Below are positions 50,475-64,000 of a stretch of 64,000 nucleotides of DNA, piece after piece (within the stretch, counting starts at the first letter, position 1; each line of letters starts with the position of its first letter). Source of the stretch: the human T2T-CHM13v2.0 reference genome, Homo sapiens. The notes below the pieces were generated by a model. The model searched no databases. It saw only the letters and a program-made list of their open reading frames with translations, and had not been told where the DNA came from. The stretch lies in the NCBI RefSeq assembly GCF_009914755.1, contig NC_060926.1, one strand, 5' to 3'. The position numbers and the translations under genes are program-made.

Positions 50475-52000
50475 TGGCCCTCCTCTGCCACCTGCCAGAG
50501 GCAACAAGCAACCATGAGAACCTGGAGAAAGGGGTCGCCGGCTGAGCTGTCCTTTGCTCTCCTGCCTCTGCTGGGGCCTCAACACCTGTGTCCAGAGCCT
50601 CTCCACCCACCTGCACTCTCTGGGTCCTCCTCTTTTGCATCAAGGTGTGGTCATCATGCCATCAGGTCAGGCCCTGCCCACCCCTCAGAAATAAACGGAC
50701 ACCATCTGCTGCCAGGGTGTGGAGGGCAGGCAAAGGCAACCAGGCAGAGATGAGAGGGGAAGAAATGGACGGAAATGCTCCCAGAGTTATTCTAATCAGG
50801 AATAGCCATGCCGCTACCTCGACAGTGTACACAATTTGAAGAGCACACAGGGAGAGATATAACATGAAGGAGGCTCTTAGCCGTGTTAATGCTCCCTTCA
50901 GTGGTGTTAGCTGCACAGCAGATGGTAGACGGCCAACAGAACTGGAGGAAATCAAGTATCCTTCATAGCTCACTTCAGGCAGCGTCTGGGGTGATTTTAT
51001 TATTTATAGCGTCATGGAAACAAGCTGTACTGCACCTCAGTGTGCTGTTACTTAATTCTTTTCTCCTCCTGAACGCAGTGTTGGTGTACTCCATATGGTT
51101 ATTACAGGTAGATTTGTTTCTCTTCCTGTATATATTTATTTCTGGAGTAACTAGCTTTTGGCAGCTCCACCTGAAAATTAATTTGAAGCATTAAAGAGAG
51201 GTAGTGGGAAGAAGCAACTCCATTCAGACCTAGAATAGATATGTTCTGTTTCCATGGACTCTTCTTACGTGGGCCATTTAAAGGATGCGAAACCACGGGA
51301 GAACCTCCCTGGACTAACTTGGCTCAGGTGAGAATCGGTGTGCAAAAATCCCAACAAATGAGTGTTGATTCCATAGACAGCTGGAGCCCTTGCTTGAATT
51401 TTGCTTTATGGAATCATTATTTTAAATGAAGTTCCCTTAGTGCTGTGAAGTCACCGATGATGCTGAGAATGGGCAAAGACAGCAGAGAAGATGAGGGCCC
51501 AAGGTTAAGAACTGCTGAACTTTAAGAGAGTAAAGAAAGAAAGATAATTGGAAATAATGGGGCTCTGTACTATGGTGCTAATGAACTCCTTATGGATCCC
51601 TTATTAAACAATTAATTTTTGAAAATAACTAGTTTGCAATATTAAAAATGTAATATGTATTCGTGACTACATTCAAATTATCCAGAAGGGCATAAGGTGA
51701 AGAGTATAAATCTCCCCTTCTGGCCCCTCTTCCTCAAGTTACCATGATTCATTGCTTGTTGCTCATCTGTCCAGAAATTTCCTATGCAAGGGAAAGGATG
51801 TATTGCTTCCTTTGAAAAATCACAAATGGAATCACACTGCATGGAATGCTCCACAACTTGCTTTTCAGTTCATAGGTGATCTTGGAGATCTTCCCACATG
51901 TAAAGATTGGCATCATTCTCTGAAATGGCTGTACACTATTTCATTGCATGGATGTATCATAACTTTTCTAACTTATTCTCTCTTAAAGAATATGCATGCT

Positions 52001-52379
<379 letters not shown>

Positions 52380-52554
52380 CTACAAGTCTAGCTAACAGAT
52401 AAATTCATCCTGTTTGGCACAATTTAGCTTGATCTCCAACAATTTTTCTTGCTAATCAGAAATGCCTGATTCTCTCTGCACCTTTCTAATATTTGCAACA
52501 TCACAGGAGAAAACAATTCTTTTGTTTATTCAGTCACTCAAAGATATTAATTGA

Positions 52555-52924
<370 letters not shown>

Positions 52925-52943
52925 TGAATTTTTTATTGGGAAA

Positions 52944-53054
52944 AAAATCGGTTTCCCAATGGAGCTTATGGTCCAGATGAGGAGACAATAATTTAAAAAC
53001 CACATAGATAAAATCAGTTTCCCAATGGAGCTTATGGTCCAGATGAGGAGACAA
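52944..53054. repeat. Local direct duplication (45-bp core, period 66)
   Basis: aaaatc(g/a)gtttcccaatggagcttatggtccagatgaggagacaa at 52944-52988 and 53010-53054. Confidence 0.92.
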
Positions 53055-54477
53055 ATATTAGTTTAATAATCACATTTTATAAGTGCAAAAATACATGATA
53101 GGAGAACATATAAAAGAGAGAGCTAATGTAGTGAGGGAATAGGCTGGGGGGTCAGGACAAGTTTCCCCCAGAAAGGGAGAATTGAGCTGTAATCTGAAAA
53201 ATGAGTAGAAGCTCATTAGGGGAGGGAGGAAAGGAAGAGGAGAGGGAAAAGCATCTCAGGGAGAGGGGGTATACCAGGTGCAAAGGTCCTGAGAGAAGAC
53301 CCAGATGGGAGGAGTTAGGAAAGAGTGATGGGTTCAGGGCCCACACAGGACCCATTAAGGATTTAAAACCTTTCCCAAGAGTGGTGGAAAACCTTTAAAG
53401 AGATTTAGATGGTGGAGAGATATAATCAAATTTGTGTTTTGAAAAGATCGCTGTGTTTACTTTGGGAGGGAGACAAGAGTAGAAGATAATTTATGTTGCT
53501 GTAATTTGCATCTATTTAATTTTGCGTGAGGGTGAACATTTGTTCTTATGTGATGGTCAATTGCCTTTCGTTTTCTTTGAATTGCCTGTTAATGGCCATC
53601 ACACTTTTTTTCTACTGGGTTCATCTTCTGCTTATTGATTTATAAGAGCTCTTTGTGTATTAAAGAAATTAGTCTTTCATCTGCCAAGAGATATAATATT
53701 TTCCCTATTTTGTCTTTTGGCTATCTTTAGATACTTTTTAAAGTTGATATGGTCAGATTTGTCAATATTTTCTTTATGGCTTTTTAATTTTGTGTCAAGC
53801 TTATAAAGGCCCTCTCTCTGCTGAGATTATAAATGTTTGTCCTCATTTTTCCAGTGCTCTTGTTTTTATTTTTTATATTGTAGTTGATTTATCTGGAACT
53901 TATTTTTGATAGGAATTGAGTTAGAGATCAGGTTTATATATTTTTGCTAATTGCTGGCTAGTTGTACCATTACCAGTTTACAAATCCATTCATTTTTCTC
54001 ACCAATTTGAAATGCTGTCTTTATCGCCTACTAAATTTTTATTTGTAAAATATGCATTTAGGTGTTACTTTATTCTGTCTACTGTATTTATTTTTGTCTA
54101 TTCTTGAACAAGTACTAAATTAAAAGAATTACAGTAGCTTTGGAATATATTTTAAATATCTGGTAAGGTTCATCCTCATTTTTCTTTTCCTTTTTTCCCA
54201 TGGCAATGCTGGCATGTTTCTTTCTTTGCAGGGCTCCCTGGGGGGATGAGGCAGCTAGCGTGGCTTCTGTCACCAGTTTGAAGGTGCTTGTCAATGGGGT
54301 CCCATCCCGTGTGTCCATTCAGCACCCTCTGGAGCACTGACCTATCTGCAGTTTGACCTGTGTTTCTCCACTTCTTGGCATCAAGGTGCTGCTGGGGTTA
54401 CCATGTCTCTGCCTTGTTGTTTAGCAGCAGTAGAATCGACAGTTTCAAAAGCATCTTGGAGTTCCCTCCGCTTTCTT

Positions 54478-54946
54478 CCTTTGAAACACACAATGCTTTG
54501 AACACTCTGTGACCCGGCCAGCTGCATGTTTTCCCTTGCAGGCTTGCACCCAAGCTGGGCTTTGAACATTCGCAGGCACTGATAAAGTTGTTTAGGTTGT
54601 TGCCTCAAACACTGAAATATCACACATGTTGCTAAACATGGAGAAAGTGGCCTCAGCCCTGAGCTAAATGCCTTAAACCTTCATATAAACTCCATGACAC
54701 TCGCTGGGAACACATCTGGGTAGAACATCTCCTATCTTGCTGACTGTTTAAAGGATGATGAAGCCCTGTGTATGTAAATTCTCCTAATAAATGCTTTAGA
54801 TGGATCCCCCTGGGCGTTTAGTGTTTCTTTGGAATCCCAGCCAGCCCTACCTTGGGATGGTTTGGGGTAGTTCTTTCGGAAACTCTCATGCCACTGTTCC
54901 TGGGGTGACTCAGACTTTGCCTAGGCCATGGGGAGTGAGGAATGCA
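54478..54946 (+). mobile_element. LTR47-like ERVL solo LTR
   Basis: ggccagctgcatg...gcaggcttgcacccaagctggg...caggcactgataaag...ccttaaaccttcatataaactcca; AATAAA at 54786-54791. Confidence 0.75.
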
Positions 54947-55134
54947 GGCAATCCTCAGCTTCTCTTACCTAAAGATAGGAAAACCAAATAGTGTCGGCAG
55001 TAACAGGGCTTCAGCTGTAGAACAAAGGGGGAAAATGTCATCTGGGCAGGCTGGACTGCAGACCTCTCCCTGACCTCTTATGCCGGTGCTGGTTTAGCTC
55101 AACCAGGTGCAGAGTCCCCGTTTTCAAATCTCCC

Positions 55135-55357
55135 TCAACAGAAAGAGCATGAACTTGAGAGTCAGGGACACCCAGGCTCAAGTCTGCCACCCACTTGCTC
55201 TGTGACCTTGTCCCTCTTAACTTCTTAGAGCTGCAGTTACTTCTCTGGACAATGGAGATAAAGAAGCCTGCTTCAAAGGGCTGTTCTGAGAAGAAGAAAT
55301 AATATCTGTGTAACACTTGGCACAATGTAGCTGCTGAACAGTAACTATTGCTATTAA
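55135..55357 (+). mobile_element. MIR SINE
   Basis: gaaagagcatgaacttgagagtcag...tctgccacccacttgctctgtgaccttg...aatggagataaa. Confidence 0.78.
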
Positions 55358-55425
55358 GCACATCACACATTTGTTTCATAAAAAATTTACTCTTCTTATA
55401 ATGTCCAATCCCTTTTGTAACTTCT

Positions 55426-55729
55426 TTTTTTTTTTTTTTTTTTTGAGATAGAGTCTTGCTCTGTCACCCAGGCTGCAGTGGTGCAATCTGGGCTCACTGC
55501 AGGCTCCACATTCCAGGATTCCAGGTTCAAGTGATTCTTGTGCCTCAGCCTCCCAAGTAACTGGGACTACAGGCGCATGCCACCACGTCTGGCTAATTTT
55601 TGCGTTTTTAGTAGAGGCGGGGTTTCGCTATGTTGGCCAGGCCGGTCTTGAACTCCTGACCTCAAGTGATCCACCTGCCTTAGCCTCCCAAATTACTGGG
55701 ATTATAGGCATGAGCCACCGTAGCTGGCC
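55426..55729 (-). mobile_element. Alu (Sx/Sz-like)
   Basis: Full dimer; TSD ccttt(c)tgtaacttct at 55411-55425 and 55730-55745. Confidence 0.95.
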
Positions 55730-57069
55730 CCTTTCTGTAACTTCTGATGGGGATTTAAATGCAGAGCCCAGATGGGAGTTGTCAGAGCCCCTCTGGTCAC
55801 TGCAGGTCCTTTGTCGGCAGTATTAAATAAAAAGATGGGGGAAATATTCTGAAATAGGAAAGCAAATGGTGATTTATCATGTTCCAGATATCAGATTTTT
55901 ACCCCGTGGATTTCACACCCCAAGCCCCCTCCCTATCCTGCAGGGCTGTGCAAAGGGGGCATTGCTGGGACAGCTCCAAAGCCCGCCTGCCCTGTGTCCT
56001 TTTGCAGGGGCATAGGCTCAATTAGCATGCAGAATCGCATCAGCCTGCATTTCTGGAATGAACTTTTATCCACTTCCTCGTTTCACAAGTTTAATTCGCT
56101 AAAACCGAGCCAGTGGTCTGGCGTAGATGGAAATGCTTTCAGAATAAAAATATCAGTTACTCTGCAAGCTTTTATGAAAAGTAAGGAAATGAAGTAACTA
56201 ATGAAGTAAATCCCAAAGCCTGAAGTCTACCTTCCTGCCCACCTCTCCTTCTCAAAAAAAAAAAAAGGCACAAGAGAGAACAAAAAGGGGAAAATAAAAG
56301 AAAAAAAAATCAGAAATCAGACTTGGGTCAAAAGCAAACTCAAGTGATGGAGTTTTCCAAGCAGTTTGTGAAGCGTATTCTCTAAAAAGCCACCGATACT
56401 TTTAAATACCATGCCTAAAGAAGGTTGTAATCACCATGGTATATTTCATTAACAGAGAGGGTCACAAAGCATTCTGGTCAAAAGTAGATAATGTCATTCC
56501 GACAGAAATATGGAAATGCAGAGAGCTGGCTTTAGTCACATTGCTGCACTTGGATTTGGAGGTTGTGGCCCTTCCTTAGGTGATAAATACCAAGTGATGA
56601 GGGTGTGTGATGGATGGGCTTCAAAAGAGCAGAGGGCGAGGGGGCAGCGAGTGATGTGTCCTGGGACCCAGAGAGCTGGCACAGAGGGTGGTCACGCTTT
56701 GAGACATTAGGTGGAGATCAGCTGGGCCAGGCCCCCACCCCCAGCAATAGGGGACTACAGAGGCTCCCGAGAGGGCAGACCAGGCACAAGGAAGTGCAGC
56801 CCGGGCTCTCTTTGACCTTCCCATGGATGCAGGGCCTGGGATGCCTTCTAACATTCAGCATTTAGCTGCCTCTCCCCCTCTGATGGTGCCTGCTTCCTGT
56901 TCCCTTGCTTGACACTCTAGCAGCTCCTGTGGACTGGGGATGAAGCCTGCACTGCTGAATGCAAGGATGCACCGCTCTCTTGGGCCCCCCTCCTCTCCTG
57001 GGCCCTGCTGGCTCTCCCACTTCACCTCCCTGCAGCTGCATCCTGTTCCTGTCATCCTCCTGGCTAACG

Positions 57070-57320
57070 GGTTTGCTCCTCAGAACTGAGCTTAAGCTTC
57101 ATGTTTTACAGGAAGTTTCTCTGGTGCTTCTGCCTGGCTGGAGAGCTCAAGGCTGGGCTGGAGACCCTCTCTGTGCCCCGGATAGCTACAAGCCTTCCTC
57201 CATCATGTCACTATCATAACAGGGCCCTGTGGCTGTCAGCTGGTTTGTCTGCTTCTCCTACTAGGTGTGAGCGCCTGTTTTTTCCGTCTCTACATTGCTG
57301 CCCCTGACATGGTGCCTAGA
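57070..57320 (+). mobile_element. L2 3' fragment
   Basis: cagaactgagcttaagcttc...aggaagtttctctg...tgtctgcttctcctactaggtgtgagc...catggtgcct. Confidence 0.55.
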
Positions 57321-57337
57321 AATGGGAGAAGCTAAAA

Positions 57338-58085
<748 letters not shown>

Positions 58086-58187
58086 GAACCCAAGAACATC
58101 AGGAAGAATTGATGCATGCACGAGTCCAGCAGCCCAGGCTTGTTTTGGGATTCTCAGCCACATCTGTCCTCCTCAGACACCTTCTGT

Positions 58188-58830
58188 GCTCATTCATTTT
58201 AATATAGCAAATACCTGAGCACCAGGTGCTGTTCTGGACACTGGGACAGAGAGGGGAACTGGACAGACATGGTCTTTGCTTGCCCAGAGCCCATGTTCTA
58301 ATGAGGAGACAGACAATAACTGCATCAACAGATGAGCAATGCAGTTCTCCTGCCTCAGGGCCCTGCAGAAAATGAAGAGCAAGATGGGAGGTCAGGGGAC
58401 AGGAGCAGAGAGGGTGCTATTTTAGGAAGGAATGAGGTCAGAGTGCAAGGCAGGGACCAGGTCTTTGGTTTGAAAATCAAAATGAGGCTTTGATTTTATT
58501 GCAGGTACATTGGGAAGTTTTTAGAGTGTTTAAAGCAGGGAGTGAGCACTTATCTGATCTGTATTTTGAAGCGATCCTTCTTCTCACTGTTAGAATACGG
58601 GAGGCAGGGGAGAGATTGGAAGCCAAGAAGTTAGTTAAGAGGCAGCAGCAATACTAGGCAAGAGAGGGGTAGGGTTGGGGCAGGGGAGAGACAGCAAGGG
58701 GACAGAGAGGGCCATAGTGGGGGACATCGATTGGGTTGGCTGATGGACTGAAAGTGTCTCCTGAGGGAAACGAGGGCAGGAAGCTCCTGGGGGTTTGGTT
58801 TGAGGCACCAAGCATTCCATGGTGCTGCGT
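58188..58830 (-). mobile_element. L2 3' region
   Basis: tcattcatt...caggtgctgttctggacactggga...ggagacagacaataa...gtttaaagcagggagtga...tttgaggcacc. Confidence 0.8.
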
Positions 58831-59875
58831 TCTAAAATGACGTGGAGCTGTTTCTTCCTCCTTTTCTCCATCATACATTTCCCATGGGAGGTCCCATTTC
58901 CTTGCAGTTAGAGTTTGCTACTTACAGGACAGATGAACCAAATCGCACTGATGTTACAAATAACTGTAAGGTGACTTATCCAGAAAATGTGTATGCAATG
59001 GTGGAAACTTAGGCAAACATTAGATCAGAGGATGGAATGTGAAAGTGTGGCAGCCAGCTACACTTGTGCACACAACCAAGTATTTTTTAAAGAATATTTT
59101 TTGTGGAGTCTGAGTGAGGATAGTGGTTATCTGGTCCTTTGCTGCTAAGAAAAGTTTGTGTTTTCACTACATTTTATCTCCTGCCCTATGTGGAAATACA
59201 AACAAATCAGATAAGTGCCAAAAGAAATAGGAAGCTAAGGTCAATTTCATGGAAATTTCTTAATGAGTGAGCTGTAGAAACAAAGGACAAATATTTGAGT
59301 CACAACTTGATTGGCATTTCACAGCCTCTGCGGTGACTGGGGCGATGGCAGACGCTGCTTTCAAGCTCTTCAGTCTCAGGGCAGATCTCAAGAAAAGTGT
59401 GAGCTGTGAAACTCATCTGGGAGGCTGTGCAGGAGATGTGGCCACTGGTGGAGCTGGGGGACATCATTGCTGAGGGACAGTGGATGTGTCTGCTCCTAGC
59501 TCCCCCAGCTGCAGAATGAGCCACCTGCCAGTATGGGTGGTGCATGGAATGTGGAGGTCTTGGGGCCACAGGTTCTCCAGAACCTCCCCAGCTGGGACTG
59601 GGGCCCAGAGCCATTGCATGGAGGAGCCAAGGTTGTAACTACAACAATGATGCTGAGAATGAAATCTGAGGAGTGATAGCATGGGGGACAGGGGAGCGCC
59701 ATCAACAGGCTCAGGAGCTGGGATGGTGCAGGACAGGATGAACGGAGTCCAAGGCAGGCTGGGGAGCCCGGAGTGAGCTGCTGGGGGCAGCTGGCCTTTC
59801 TCATGGTTCTGGGAGTGGGTGTGGGAGGATGGGGTCTCAAGGAGACGGTGGGCAACAACACGGAAGGCTGTATGT

Positions 59876-64000
<4,125 letters not shown>

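Noticed and set aside
50134-50753. ORFs with an internal 47-aa repeat as a real protein
   Set aside because: Explained by the 141-bp duplication; open on both strands with no homology or splice evidence
51079-51107. Possible 29-nt microexon after a pyrimidine tract
   Set aside because: Weak donor (gtagat), not frame-preserving, and no host gene identified
54318-54340. REST/RE1 site (ttcagcacc)
   Set aside because: Only the left half-site; the GGACAG right half is absent at canonical spacing

Overview
Primate (human/great-ape-like) nuclear DNA, intergenic or deep intronic. I found no credible protein-coding exon, intact RNA gene, CpG island or CRISPR-like system, and I cannot name the locus. 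Roughly half or more of the window is interspersed repeat. This includes 13 Alus plus a FLAM monomer, L1s of many ages, MaLR/ERVL/ERV1 solo LTRs, MIR, L2 and hAT DNA-transposon relics. Among the L1s are a near full-length ancient L1M (24.9-34.2 kb) with eight nested insertions and a young L1PA2-like copy with a disabled ORF2 that runs off the right end. Almost all ORF-track entries are repeat-derived or chance ORFs. The most interesting signals are: (1) a ~130-nt fold-back hairpin formed by inverted duplication in an L1ME 3' UTR (38.3-38.5 kb); (2) a tailless 5'-half tRNA-Gly(TCC) retrocopy with an 18-bp target-site duplication (6.06 kb); (3) a cryptic, decayed Gypsy-type integrase fossil (44.1-44.7 kb, tentative); (4) a recent 141-bp tandem duplication (50.2-50.5 kb); (5) atypical L1 insertions; (6) a head-to-head Alu pair 25 bp apart carrying deletions; and (7) candidate CTCF sites. 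Repeat subfamily names come from recalled consensus sequences, not a search, and the boundaries of old repeats are approximate. I do not see evidence for a wholly new biological system.
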